A DNA stretch of 64,000 nt from an uncultured cyanobacterium. Lineage in GTDB: Bacteria; Cyanobacteriota; Cyanobacteriia; Cyanobacteriales; CAWUOF01. The translations under genes and the position numbers were made by a program. Positions 19,605 through 30,989 of this stretch are shown piece by piece. The stretch's first letter is position 1. The number at the start of each line of letters is the position of its first letter. A model generated the notes under the pieces. It was not told the DNA's origin. It searched no databases and saw only the letters and a list, made by a program, of their open reading frames with translations. The DNA lies in assembly GCA_963744145.1 (NCBI GenBank), contig CAVUSO010000001.1:6336001-6400000 (forward strand), written 5' to 3'.

Positions 19605-20040
19605 CTACGCTCCTAATCGATTAGGGTCGTCAAAATCGATCCGGTCTGCGTGTCCCCAAAATGCTTCTAAATTATAAAACTCCCGTTCCTTCGGCATCAT
19701 CAGATGGACAATTACATCTCCATAATCTTGGATGATCCAAGAACCTTGGCTTTGTCCTTCCGTCCTTAAGGGAGTCCGATCGCAGATTACTTCTCCCGCT
19801 TCTTTAATTGCTTGGGCGATCGCTCGGACCTGCACCCGCGAAAATCCGGTCACGATCATAAAATAATCGGCTAGATAGGATACTTTGGTCATATCTAGCA
19901 CAATAATATCACCTCCTTTCCGATCGGCGGCGGCGGTGGCGATGGTTAATGCTAATGTGCGACTATCACTATCTTTCGTCGACCTTGAGGGTAAATAGAT
20001 TAGGGGATGATGACGCTTGAATTGTGGTGTAATCTGACAT
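19605..20040 (-). CDS. rsfS: Ribosome silencing factor RsfS; apparent +1 frameshift in the 5' region
   Basis: [29 protein letters not shown] and [13 protein letters not shown] 20040 (MSDY) lies one base out of frame. Confidence 0.88.
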
Positions 20041-20238
20041 TCAGTTCTCTTTCATTTCTCAATTGTATAATCCATCATCTGGCAATTGCCCAAAATTGGC
20101 TGCCGCGCCAATGTAAATAAATGTTAATTTTTGCAGCAGATGTTGTTTGCCAGCCTTTTCTTTTCTGTCATGCTAACAAAAATTTTCCACCATCTGGGGG
20201 AGGGAAAAATAAATATTAGTTGCCGATTGAAAATTCAG

Positions 20239-20853
20239 CTACTCAATGGGAAAATCTGAGCGGGATTGGGATTTGGTCTGATGGAGGAACCAATTGCGGG
20301 TCAAAACCGTGCGAGGATGAATCAGCAGATGAGTTTTGAGCAAATATCTGAGGGAATAATCACAGGTTAACCAAACCGCTTGGTAGAGATTTTGCCGACT
20401 AATTTGTCGTAAAGTCTCAAGTTCGGGAGTATTACCTCGACCGACTTCCAGACTATCTGCTAAAAAAATAATACAGCTTAATAAACCCATTCCGGGTCTT
20501 CCTAAAGTATGATCCGCGATCGCCAGACAGATTTCTTGATCAACAATCCCAAATTGATCGCGAGCGATGATCGCACTAATATCAGCATGGAGTAGATGGG
20601 GATTTGCGCTCAAGATCGAATCAATCTCCAATCCTTCATCATTTGCCATTTGTAGTAATAACAAGGGCTGGAAATATTTAGCTAAATCGTGCATTAAACC
20701 AGCGATCGCCGCTTTATCAACATCAGCCTGATAATGGGTAGCTAAGTCGATCGCCATTTGCTCTACTCCAAGAATATGCTTAATTCTTGCGACTGGTACA
20801 TGTTCTGCTAACCAAGTTAAAACGCGATCGCGCTTTAATTCTAATTCACTCAT
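20239..20853 (-). CDS. yqeK: HD-domain Ap4A hydrolase YqeK
   Basis: RIKHILGV, AGLMHDLAK, LLHA, HTLG and FLADSLE motifs; adjacent to rsfS. Confidence 0.92.
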   Translation of the reverse strand: MSELELKRDRVLTWLAEHVPVARIKHILGVEQMAIDLATHYQADVDKAAIAGLMHDLAKYFQPLLLLQMANDEGLEIDSILSANPHLLHADISAIIARDQFGIVDQEICLAIADHTLGRPGMGLLSCIIFLADSLEVGRGNTPELETLRQISRQNLYQAVWLTCDYSLRYLLKTHLLIHPRTVLTRNWFLHQTKSQSRSDFPIE

Positions 20854-20938
20854 AATTTCGCTGGTATCTAAACATCACCTGATGGCAATTGCTATTTGGT
20901 GAAAAGATTTATTTTAGCAGAAGTTGAACCTGATTGCG

Positions 20939-22168
20939 TTATGCCTGATCAACAGAGATAATTTCAGCAAATAATGCTTCATAATGATTCAAAGCTTCCT
21001 CGAATCCATAATTTGCTACAGCAAACTGCCGTCCTTTTGTACCTAGACTTTCAGCTAACTGAGGATTATGATATAAATCCAGAATTGCTTGGGCTAAAGC
21101 TGCGGGATCTTCAGGGGGAACGATCAAACCACCACCACTATTTTGTAAAGCTTTTGCTGCTGTACCAAGCGCTGGCACCGAGGCAATAATCGGACGTCCA
21201 CTCGCTAAGAGAACAGGAATTTTAGAAGGCATATTAAAAGCAATTACCTTTTGTTTTTGTACCACTAAACTGACATCAGCAGCTGCCAACATTTCCGGCA
21301 ATTCAGACCGAGGTTGAAATTTTTTCAATAAAACATTATCCGTGGGGAGATATTGTTGGCGTAATTCTTCCAGAGCTAGAGGTTCTCCCACAATCACGAT
21401 CGCAATATTGGGGATATCTGTCAAGATTTGGGCAGCTTTAATTACTGTATTTAACCCTTGAGTAAGTGCAATATTACCAGCATATAAGACTACAAATTTG
21501 TTAGTAAGTTGATGAGCGACCCGAAAAGAGTTATTTCTTGGTAGGGGACGAATAAAATTTAGATTTACCCAATTAGAAATTAAAGCAATTTTGGCTGATG
21601 GTACCTTTTTTTGGAGTAAATTTTCGACAAAACCATCAGCAATAACAGTAATTTTGCTAGCAGTCAAATAGGCAAATTTTTCTAAAGCTGCAAACACCCG
21701 AATAATGACTTGGTTTTTCAGCAGTCCGACATGAACTGCTGCTTCATGTTGAATATCTTGAATATTTAATACTACTGGACAACGCTGTAACCAGCCTAGC
21801 AAGGTCGCAGGTAGACATACAGGCAACGGTGGGACAGTGGCCAAAATGACATCAGGTTTAAATCCACACAAAGCATTGGAAAAGCTAGTCAGCACAAAAC
21901 TACCATCGAGAAAAACTCGATCTAGCAAACTAGGGTGAGGACGAATCCAGACATAACTACGTTGCAATAAAACACCATTTCTTTGTTCTTTTAAATACCA
22001 TTTACCCTGATATTCAGGATAGATCCGTCGTTCGGGATAGTTGGGCATAGCTGTGACTACTCGGACTTGGTGTCCTCTACTGACTAATCCTTCTGCAAGT
22101 TCAGTCATTAAGGGGGCAATCCCGATTGGTTCTGGATGATAGTTATAGGAATAAATGAGAATTCGCAT
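20939..22168 (-). CDS. Family 4 glycosyltransferase (WcaI-like)
   Basis: YSYNYHPEPIGIA, YAGNIALTQGL and NMPSKI motifs. Confidence 0.92.
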   Translation of the reverse strand: MRILIYSYNYHPEPIGIAPLMTELAEGLVSRGHQVRVVTAMPNYPERRIYPEYQGKWYLKEQRNGVLLQRSYVWIRPHPSLLDRVFLDGSFVLTSFSNALCGFKPDVILATVPPLPVCLPATLLGWLQRCPVVLNIQDIQHEAAVHVGLLKNQVIIRVFAALEKFAYLTASKITVIADGFVENLLQKKVPSAKIALISNWVNLNFIRPLPRNNSFRVAHQLTNKFVVLYAGNIALTQGLNTVIKAAQILTDIPNIAIVIVGEPLALEELRQQYLPTDNVLLKKFQPRSELPEMLAAADVSLVVQKQKVIAFNMPSKIPVLLASGRPIIASVPALGTAAKALQNSGGGLIVPPEDPAALAQAILDLYHNPQLAESLGTKGRQFAVANYGFEEALNHYEALFAEIISVDQA

Positions 22169-23444
22169 ATATATATTAGTTGAGTGTTATTGGTCAGTCG
22201 GACTTCCACACCCAATTTAATTTGCTGGGGTTCTCCAAGCGAGCCAGGGGTAGGAAATTTTTGTGGGACAGATATCTGGTCAGATATCTTGCTTGTCCCA
22301 TTTATTTTCCTAAGAGGTCTCTTGATTAACAAACTAACATCTAAATATGGATTTAAATCAGACTGGTTCACAAATTCTCAGGGGTCAGAAAATTTGCAAC
22401 CAGAACCAAGGTTAAAAAAACTCTGTGACCTTTGAACTGTCCCCGAAACTTTCCCCCTTGCGGATATGCCTGTACAAGGGATGACAATTTCGAGTTTTTG
22501 CGATGGGAAAGTTCAGCTTAAATTTAAAGCTTTCATAAAGCAGAAGTTAAGAAGATAAAAAATTACTGTAAATTATCTCAATTGGTATTGCTTACGTAAA
22601 TTTACTATGGTTAATATTTACATGCGCGGATCACACTATATGGCTTAGTTAAGATATCAAGGTCAACGGACAGATAAGATGTCTGTTCTACAAGGGTCTT
22701 TTTGGTTATGGCACAGGCCATTCCAAAACTTTTCTCCCAACTCTTAATTTTAACCAAACCTTAATTGACATCTCGCAAGAACAAATGTATAATTGGCCTC
22801 CTCACATAAAAAAGGTAACAATTATGTTTTGCACCTTGACCGAACCAATTTCTGATAAACAACAAACCAATCAAGAGGATTTAATACTTTGCTACTTACT
22901 AATTAATAGTCTAATTTTCCATTTTTCTTATCGAAGTCCGATAAGTATTTAATCTGTCGCTTTTTCAACGCGATACATATAGCGACAGATTAGCTAATAG
23001 TATAGATTTTCCTAAAATTTATCGCAGAATAGACAACGCTAGCGATCGCAGTGCAACTGATCCAAGTAGAGGGTGAACCTCTTCTTTCTTGGCGTCTGAG
23101 GATAGTAATACTGTGCGATCGCAGACAGATTTAGGAATAACACCAGTTTCATAAATTGGCACTACAGATCATAGGTATACCATCTGTAGTCAGAATTAAT
23201 ACGACTTGGTGATCAATAGAACGGACGATCGCGATCGAAAATGTGCGATCGTCCAGAGTGGAATGTCTGGATTCAGGCAAAAATGTTAACCCTATTGGAA
23301 AAAAAGAGGACAAAATCATGTTGACTAAAGATTTGACTCTCTCCTGGACTATAAAAACTGATGATTTTGGGCAAAATAATTTAGGGAACGAAATTAAACT
23401 TAAAATAAAGAACGGTTTACCAGAATTATTTTTTTAACTTCCCA

Positions 23445-25009
23445 ATGTTTCTAAATCGCAGATCCTTACTAAGAGCTTTCTTGCTGGGTTTAACTTCTCC
23501 ATCTTTATTACGGGTTGTAGTATCCTTACCAAAAAATGAATTATCCAGCGTCAAAGATTCCCATAACTCTAAAAATCCCACTGTCCTCGAAAACAAAAAA
23601 CTAGGAACTTCTGAATGGAAACTAACTAACCCAGCTCGCAACAGAGAAATCGAAGGTTATGCTTCTCTGACCAGTGTGAATCGGGGTGAACCAATTAAAT
23701 TGTTTGTTAATACTGCTGATCCGACCTATACTATTGATATTTTTCGGATGGGATGGTATAATGGCGATGGTGGGCGTCGAGTAACTAACTCCATTACTCG
23801 GACAGGAATTAGGCAATCACCACCCATTGAGAAAGATCGATCAGGATTGATTGAATGTAACTGGCAAGATCCTTACATTTTAAATATACCTAATGATCTG
23901 GGAGATCCGACTAATTGGGCGAGTGGATTTTATTTAGCTAAGTTAACAGGTAACAAATCTGGTAAACAAAGCTACATTATCTTTGTTGTTCGTGACGATC
24001 TGCGGGTTTCTGATATTTTATTTCAATCTAGTGTAACTACTTTTCAGGCATATAATAATTGGGGGGGAAGATTCTTTATCGGTGGAATAGTAAAGGTAAA
24101 CAAGCTTATAAAGTTTCCTTTAATCGTCCCTATGCACCTAGTCCTAACCCAATTGCTGCTTATGGAGTTGGTGCTGGTGAGTTTTTAACTAATCTGCAAC
24201 CCAAACGAAGAACCCCAAGTTCAGGGTGGGAATATAATTTGGTACGCTGGTTAGAACGTGAAGGGTATGATGTGACCTATTGTACTAATATTGATACTCA
24301 TTTTGATCGTCAATTACTGTTACCTCATCAAGCGTTTTTTTCAGTAGGTCATGATGAGTATTGGTCATGGGAAATGCGTGAAAATGTGGAAAATGCTCGC
24401 AATCAAGGCATAAATTTATGCTTCTTTTCTGCGAATACTTGTTATTGGCAAATTCGGTTAGGAACTAGCCTCATTACAGGAGATGTAAATCGAACTATTA
24501 TTGCTTATAAAGAAATGATAGATTTAGATCCGTTTGGACACGATCGCGATCGCAGTAACGATCGTAAAATTACTACCCTCTGGCGCAAACAACCAGTAAA
24601 TTATCCAGAAGATGCTTTAATTGGAGTGATGTATGAAACATTTAATGTACATGGAGATATTGTGATTGATCAGGCTCCAGATTGGTTACTTGCAGACACA
24701 AAATTAACCAAAGGGGATCGCTTACCAGGATTATTAGGTTATGAAGTAGATCGAATTTTTGGGAATGCTCCTGGGAATTTGATCCGGATTGGTCATTCAC
24801 CCTATTCTCATAAAGGTGGTACACGCTACTCGGATATGACTCTTTATTATACTCCTAAAGGAAGTCTAGTTTTTGCCGTAGGTTCTATGCAATGGAGTTG
24901 GGGATTAGATGACTATAATGCTCCCCTCTTACGTCCATCGGTACTTAATCCTGCGGTCCAAACCTTAACTCGGAATCTGATGGCAAGAATTTTAAAACGT
25001 TCAACCTAA
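23445..25009 (+). CDS. Tat-exported N,N-dimethylformamidase beta-subunit-like protein, split by a 1-bp frameshift at about 24061-24072
   Basis: NRRSLL Tat motif; IEGYAS, FRMGWY, QAYNNWGG | VSFNRPY, WLEREGYDV and SVGHDEYWS spread across two overlapping ORFs. Confidence 0.8.
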
Positions 25010-25014
25010 AATAG

Positions 25015-26190
25015 TCAAGATTGCCAATATTGATAAGCTGCATAAGCTAAGGTGACAACTCCAGTCATAATCGCAGATTCATCTACTCTAAATTGAGGAT
25101 GATATAAAGGATAGTTAGGTTGATCTTGATCACCAACACCAAGAAGGAACATAGTTCCCGGAGCTTGTTGTAAATAAAGGGAAAAATCTTCAGCACTAAG
25201 AGATGGTTCAAGTAAGAGTTGAACGCGATCGCTACCCCAAGCTTCTTGAGCTGCTGTTTGTAATAATCTAGTCAAAGCTGGATCATTTTGGACTCCCGGT
25301 ACTCCAGGTCTATAATTAAGCTCATAGGTAGCACCATAAGCATGACAAATACCAGAAACAATTTGCTCAATCCATCCCGATAGATTAGGGATAGTTTCTG
25401 GATGTAGCGATCGCACTGTTCCCACCAAACTAACTCTTTCTGCAATTACATTGGCTGCGGTTCCACCATGAATTTGTCCGATCGTTAACACCAATGGATG
25501 TAAAGGATTTTGAGTCCGACTAATCGCTTGCTGAAGAGTTGTAATCACTTGAGCTGCAATCCAAATTGCATCAATTGCTTCATGAGGACGCGCTCCGTGT
25601 CCTGATTCACCAATAATAATGATCTCAATATCATCGGTAGCTGCGGTTAAAGTACCATAGCGAATCCCAATATTTCCAGCAGGAATATTTGGGAAAACTT
25701 GTAAACTAAAAATTGCCTCCACATCACACATTGCTCCAGCTTGAATCATCCAACTAGCACCTTGAGAAATTGCTTGAGCAGGTTGAAATAAAAAACGCAT
25801 TTTCCCTGGTAACTGATCTACCAATCCAGCTAATACCATTGCTGTTCCTAAACCTACAGTGGTATGGACATCGTGACCACCAGCGTGCATGACCCCGGGT
25901 TGACGAGAAGCAAAATCCAAGTGAGGATATTCGCTAATAGGTAAAGCGTCCATATCGGTACGAATTGCTAACAGTCGGCGATCGCTATTTTTACCAACTA
26001 ATTCTCCAATAATACCAGTTTTACCTACCGATTCTTGGACGTGAATACCCCAGGAAGATAGTATCCCAGCGATATAACTTGCGGTTTGATATTCTGCACC
26101 GCTTAACTCTGGGTGAGAGTGGAGGTGACGACGAATTTCAATCAGTCGAGGTGCTAGGGTTTTCGCTAAATCTTTGATTTGAGTCAGCAT
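25015..26190 (-). CDS. M20D family amidohydrolase-like protein with degenerate metal ligands
   Basis: RRHLHSHPELS, RTDMDALP, GHGARPH and AEDF motifs; HAGGHD and FQPAQA replace HACGHD and FQPAEE. Confidence 0.9.
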   Translation of the reverse strand: MLTQIKDLAKTLAPRLIEIRRHLHSHPELSGAEYQTASYIAGILSSWGIHVQESVGKTGIIGELVGKNSDRRLLAIRTDMDALPISEYPHLDFASRQPGVMHAGGHDVHTTVGLGTAMVLAGLVDQLPGKMRFLFQPAQAISQGASWMIQAGAMCDVEAIFSLQVFPNIPAGNIGIRYGTLTAATDDIEIIIIGESGHGARPHEAIDAIWIAAQVITTLQQAISRTQNPLHPLVLTIGQIHGGTAANVIAERVSLVGTVRSLHPETIPNLSGWIEQIVSGICHAYGATYELNYRPGVPGVQNDPALTRLLQTAAQEAWGSDRVQLLLEPSLSAEDFSLYLQQAPGTMFLLGVGDQDQPNYPLYHPQFRVDESAIMTGVVTLAYAAYQYWQS

Positions 26191-26192
26191 CT

Positions 26193-28247
26193 TTATGGAA
26201 TTAAAGGAGTCTCTTCTTTCTTAGTTGGAGTTTTTGGTTTAATTAGCTGTTCCCGATTCACAGGAGCCAAAACTAACAGAGAATTTACTTGTTGTCTGAG
26301 ATTGGTAGCAGAAGTAGAAAAACTCAAACTCCGCATCGTTCCCAGAAAACGTTTAAAGTCATCATTTTGGGGAGAATTACGTTGTTTCGGCGGTCCAAAA
26401 TTATTAAATAGAGCGAAAGTAGAGCCTAGATTCATGTAAAAATAGCCCGCATTGGGACGAGGGAAAGGATTAGTGGCTATTTTAAAAGCGAAGTTTTGAA
26501 TTAAGGATTGATTTGGAGCTGGATTGAGCAGTGCTAATGGTCCTATTCCTGTACTGATCATTAAGGTATCATTGTCAGCCCAACTGTGAGCTAAAACACT
26601 AGTATTTTTGGCTGGTGCTGATTGCACTTCCCAACTCACCGCAGGTTGATCGCGAATATTACGGGAAATGATATTAAAAGGTTTACCTGCTTTAGCAGCA
26701 AAAAATTTATCTAATTTAGCTAAAGCTGCTTCAGCCGCAGGGCGATCGCTAGTTTGGATGATGAAAGCTGCACCAAGCGGAAAACTTTTCCCAAATAAAC
26801 TAAATAGACCTTCATTACTGGGGAAAAAAGAAATTCCATATTTTCCATCCATCCAAGGAATAATGTCTTTATCGATATCTAAACCAATCCATTGACGAAC
26901 AAATGTCCGCATTTGATCCAAGAACTTTTTCGATGATGGTTGAATTTCTAGACCAGCAATAGCACTTTTCCAGACAGTTTTCAAATTAGAAGTGGTGGTG
27001 GCCAGATAGACATTAGCTGGTAGTTTAGAAAAAACTGGATCGGTTTCATTAGTATTGTTATTGCCGATAATTAATTGCGGCATTTGGTAATAAAGATTGG
27101 TTTGATTACGCAGCCCTTCCTCTTGAATCCAAATATAGGTTTCATAGTGAGAAAGGACTGTTTCTAAGGTTTTAAAATCTCTAGTTAAAGGATAAGGTAA
27201 GGGCAGGGGTATCCCTACACTTGGTTGCAAAGGAAGCAATTGTTGGAGACTGCTAATGGGTAAATAACCAACTGCTAGCGATCGCCCAAATTGGGGATTT
27301 TCAATGAGCCGTTGGAACTTGGGATTATTAGTCAATGGCTCTAAATTAGTTTGACTATCAATCAACTTTTCTAGTGGTTCACCCAGAGTAGAAATCCCTA
27401 AATATCCCGGTAACATAGCGATCGCTAACCCGGGAATGACTCGTTGGGGGACTCGGTATAATGGTCTTTTTTTCGATGGTGGTCGATGCTCGGGAATTTC
27501 GGCTGCTGAGTTTTTAAATTGTTTAAGATTAGTTGTGTCAGTTGGTTGATTTAAAGACAAATATTCTGTTTCAGTCTGCGAGAGCTGAACAAAAAATTCC
27601 GTCAAATTTTCTGGTGATAATAGTGATAATAAAGACCAAGTTTCCTTTACGGGTTGACTAGGTGCAGGAAACGGCACAGGTTTATTACCTGGTGATGGCT
27701 CAGGATTGGGTGGTGTGGGAAAATTTGGATGATGACTGGGCAACTTTTCTGGGAGCCATTCGATGATAGTAATACCTTTGTATTGACGCTCTATAGGTGG
27801 TTTTTTATGATTAGTTTTTACTTTTTCTAAAAAACTTTTTACCCCATCCTGATTTTTTACTGGTGCTAACATCACACTGAGGGAATCAGTGCTTTTTTTC
27901 GGAGAATTAGTGGTTTGTGGCCAAAGAACGAGGGCTGTCCATTCCCCGATCCAAGGTTGAACATCAGTTTTAAAATTAATTTTTGTAGGGAAGTAAGGTA
28001 ATCCTGGTGGACCATCAATTTCCGTCGGAAAGGGATTAAAGCGATTAAAGCTGCTCCAGTTTTGGGTGGTAGTGTTGATTAATAATACTCCGGCTGTATC
28101 ACTTGGTAATATAGTTGTGACAGGTGGAGGTGTGAGAGGCTGTGGTGTAGTTACTGGTTGGGCATGGACGCTGGTAATCCCTAGTACCAGCATTGAACTA
28201 GGGACAATTGTGAGCAAGGATAGCAGTGGTAAGGTAATCCGACCCAT
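26193..28247 (-). CDS. DUF3352-like exported protein
   Basis: Signal peptide; DVQPWIG and DIIPWMDG repeats. Confidence 0.75.
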   Translation of the reverse strand: MGRITLPLLSLLTIVPSSMLVLGITSVHAQPVTTPQPLTPPPVTTILPSDTAGVLLINTTTQNWSSFNRFNPFPTEIDGPPGLPYFPTKINFKTDVQPWIGEWTALVLWPQTTNSPKKSTDSLSVMLAPVKNQDGVKSFLEKVKTNHKKPPIERQYKGITIIEWLPEKLPSHHPNFPTPPNPEPSPGNKPVPFPAPSQPVKETWSLLSLLSPENLTEFFVQLSQTETEYLSLNQPTDTTNLKQFKNSAAEIPEHRPPSKKRPLYRVPQRVIPGLAIAMLPGYLGISTLGEPLEKLIDSQTNLEPLTNNPKFQRLIENPQFGRSLAVGYLPISSLQQLLPLQPSVGIPLPLPYPLTRDFKTLETVLSHYETYIWIQEEGLRNQTNLYYQMPQLIIGNNNTNETDPVFSKLPANVYLATTTSNLKTVWKSAIAGLEIQPSSKKFLDQMRTFVRQWIGLDIDKDIIPWMDGKYGISFFPSNEGLFSLFGKSFPLGAAFIIQTSDRPAAEAALAKLDKFFAAKAGKPFNIISRNIRDQPAVSWEVQSAPAKNTSVLAHSWADNDTLMISTGIGPLALLNPAPNQSLIQNFAFKIATNPFPRPNAGYFYMNLGSTFALFNNFGPPKQRNSPQNDDFKRFLGTMRSLSFSTSATNLRQQVNSLLVLAPVNREQLIKPKTPTKKEETPLIP

Positions 28248-28513
28248 TACGTTTTAAAACCATCGTGTTTTTCCAGACCCAGACTATCTTATTAGATTAT
28301 TTTTAGCAACTGAGAATTTTAGACCAACAAGCACTTTTTTTTTGAGTAATTCCGAAATTGGTCTAGTTATTAAGTGTTTCTGGTTGGGTTAATGTTGTTT
28401 ATAAAAAAAAACGATCACTTTTGACTAAAAAGCGATCGTGAATAATGTTGATTTAGGTGAAATTAGAAAAATTACCAAGATGGAAACCAAAATATCTTTT
28501 GGTTACTTTCTAT

Positions 28514-30466
28514 TTACATTAGCCCTGCGGGAATGTCCGTAAAAGCTTTGGAACCGAGGGCAATTTGCTTGGCCATTCCTGGGGGGAGACCTTTTAGCTT
28601 CTTCAACTTCGCACCATGAGTCCCAAAATCTGAACCAGCTAATTTAACTGGTGTTGTCCCCGTAGTGGTGGTATCAGCAAAACCAATTTGGAAATCCGAT
28701 GCTTGTACAACATTCTTGGAGAAAATGGTAATCGAGAATTGTTGAGAAAGTTTGAGGATATAAGTGTTGATCCCGCTAGCAGTCACACCTGTATTCGTGA
28801 TTGCACTTAATAACGTCTGTGTACTAGTAAACCCAAAGTCAGCAGCAATCTGAATCTGATCTTTCGAGTCATCGAAATTATAGATCGTAGTCATACCAGT
28901 TAAGGGGTCTACTGTCGATCCACCAGGCGTCTGGCCAGGCATCGGACCAGGCATCGGACTAGGCATCGGGCCAGGAGCAGGACCAGACATCGGACCAGGC
29001 ATCGGACCAGGAGCAGGAGCAGGACCAGGACCAGGCATCGGACCAGACATCGGACCAGGCATCGGGCCAGGAGCAGGTGGTACAGTACCTTGACCAATGA
29101 CAAAGGTGGTCTGACCGGAACCGCTGATGAGGGAATCGCTTCCAGAACCAGTGATCAGAATATCTTGTCCTGCACCACCAACCAGAGTATCGCTACCTAC
29201 GTTATTATCACTAATTAGACAATCGTTGCCAGCACCTGCTTGGAGAAGACTTTTGCCACCGCTACTGATGATTAAATCATTTCCTTTACCACCGATAAGT
29301 ACGCTACCGCTAGCAAAGGAAAGAAGTTTACTATCACTGCTACCACCAGTTAATATGTCACCAGGAGTTGTACTAACAGTTAAACTAGGAATATTGCCTT
29401 GAGCAGGAGTGTTAGCAATAGTAGTTTTTAAGTTACTAGTTTTACCAAACTCAAGATAGTGTAAGAATGCAGATGTAACTTGACCTTGATTTACCGCTGT
29501 TTGGACACTAGGATTTAAAGATAGGTAAAGATCAGCGTTAAAGTTAGGATTAGGACTCAGATTTTCAGTTAATCCGAATTGGAGAAAATGATCGACCGCG
29601 CTAACACATTGACCACTAGCAATTGATTGTGAAACTTCTGGGTTAGCTTGTTGATAGTAGGCAACATTTAATAGGGCGTTAGGACTACGGTTTTCTTGAA
29701 TACCAAAGGTTAAGAAATGTTGAATAGCCGTAGTTTTTCCAGCAGCAACTGCTTGGGCAACATCAGGGTTAGTTTGCAAATAGTAGTTGGAATCGAAAAG
29801 AGGTGTGCAACTACGATTTTCTTTAAGACCAAACATCAAAAAATGCTGGGCTGCACTTTCTACTGTACCTTTCTGAATTGCCTTAGCTACATCTGGGTTT
29901 TGTGCTAAGTAAAAGCTGGTATCAAATATAGCGCTAGTATTGCGTTCTTCTTTGGCACCAAATGCTAAGAAGTGGAGATAACCTCCTTTAAATGAACCTT
30001 CCTGAACTGCTTTGGCAACATCTGGATTAGAGTCGAGATAGAAGGTGTTGTTATAGAAAGGGTTAGGATTTAGTCCACTACTAATACCAACTTTGATGAA
30101 CTGTTCGTAAGCACTGCTATATTGTCCGCTAGCTACCTGTTGATTAGCTTGCGGATTTTCTTGCAGATAGTATTTTGAATCTAACCCCATGATGGGAGCG
30201 TCTCCCTTGGCACTACCGACTTTGAGAAAATAGTCAAAGGCACTTGTATATTGCCCTGATTGTACTGCTAGTGCCGCTTGGGAATTTGTGGCTAAATAAT
30301 ACTTACTATTGAACCAAAGACTTGGATCATCACCTCGCGCTGCACCGACATTAATATAAAAATCTAATGCAGTTTTATACTTACCACTAGCAACAGCTTG
30401 TTGTGCATCGGGATGACCGTTGAGATAATATTGTTGGTCAAATAAATCGCTTGCAGTTATACTCAC
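28514..30466 (-). CDS. Surface/secreted protein with YLxxNPDVAxAV repeats, RTX-like GGxGxD motifs and a PGPM repeat
   Basis: About nine YL..NPDV..AV repeats; GGKGNDL and GGAGQDIL nonapeptides. Confidence 0.8.
   Translation of the reverse strand: MSITASDLFDQQYYLNGHPDAQQAVASGKYKTALDFYINVGAARGDDPSLWFNSKYYLATNSQAALAVQSGQYTSAFDYFLKVGSAKGDAPIMGLDSKYYLQENPQANQQVASGQYSSAYEQFIKVGISSGLNPNPFYNNTFYLDSNPDVAKAVQEGSFKGGYLHFLAFGAKEERNTSAIFDTSFYLAQNPDVAKAIQKGTVESAAQHFLMFGLKENRSCTPLFDSNYYLQTNPDVAQAVAAGKTTAIQHFLTFGIQENRSPNALLNVAYYQQANPEVSQSIASGQCVSAVDHFLQFGLTENLSPNPNFNADLYLSLNPSVQTAVNQGQVTSAFLHYLEFGKTSNLKTTIANTPAQGNIPSLTVSTTPGDILTGGSSDSKLLSFASGSVLIGGKGNDLIISSGGKSLLQAGAGNDCLISDNNVGSDTLVGGAGQDILITGSGSDSLISGSGQTTFVIGQGTVPPAPGPMPGPMSGPMPGPGPAPAPGPMPGPMSGPAPGPMPSPMPGPMPGQTPGGSTVDPLTGMTTIYNFDDSKDQIQIAADFGFTSTQTLLSAITNTGVTASGINTYILKLSQQFSITIFSKNVVQASDFQIGFADTTTTGTTPVKLAGSDFGTHGAKLKKLKGLPPGMAKQIALGSKAFTDIPAGLM
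28925..29078 (-). repeat. 12-bp tandem coding repeat (PGPM/SGPM/PGPA)
   Basis: Repeated ggcatcggacca units. Confidence 0.9.
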
Positions 30467-30989
30467 CTGGATTAACCTCGTTTTCAGTCAAATATTATTA
30501 CCTTACATTCCCAGCATGACGGTAAGTGAAACATCTAGTTCCCCATGACTTTTATTGATAATTCACTATTTTCTTGCATTTATAAATTATACGATTATTT
30601 CCAAAAATAGATCATTTATATTTATTCTGATAAAATCTAGAAAAATAAATCTGGAGTTTTGGCAACTAAATAGTGAATATCCTCTTTATAACAAAAGTTT
30701 TACGAAAAAATCTGCTTTTTTCAGTAAAAATACGGATAAATCTTTGAGGAAAACAAAAATTTTCATTAGATATCTAGTTAATTATATAAATATATTGATA
30801 TTAGTGTTACTGATCACCAATATAGTTAGAACTGGAAATCTAGAAGCTACTTGATTTAATTAGTTAGGTACTTATCTATAAAAATCAATCAGGTAACAGG
30901 GAAATCAGGAAAAATTAGGATGTTCTTTTTTAGTTGCTCGATTTCAAGTCTAATTGGGAGAAAATCAAAACTGAATCAGCAATAGTCGC

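Noticed and set aside
22430..22520. Possible cobalamin or c-di-AMP riboswitch (CTGTCCCCGAAACT)
   Set aside because: Only a partial resemblance; other conserved boxes not found by eye
28925..29078. CRISPR-like periodicity
   Set aside because: Tandem coding repeats without unique spacers; no CRISPR array or cas gene seen anywhere in the window
30555..30854. 99-aa AT-rich ORF
   Set aside because: Low-complexity promoter-region sequence with a TTG start; probably non-coding
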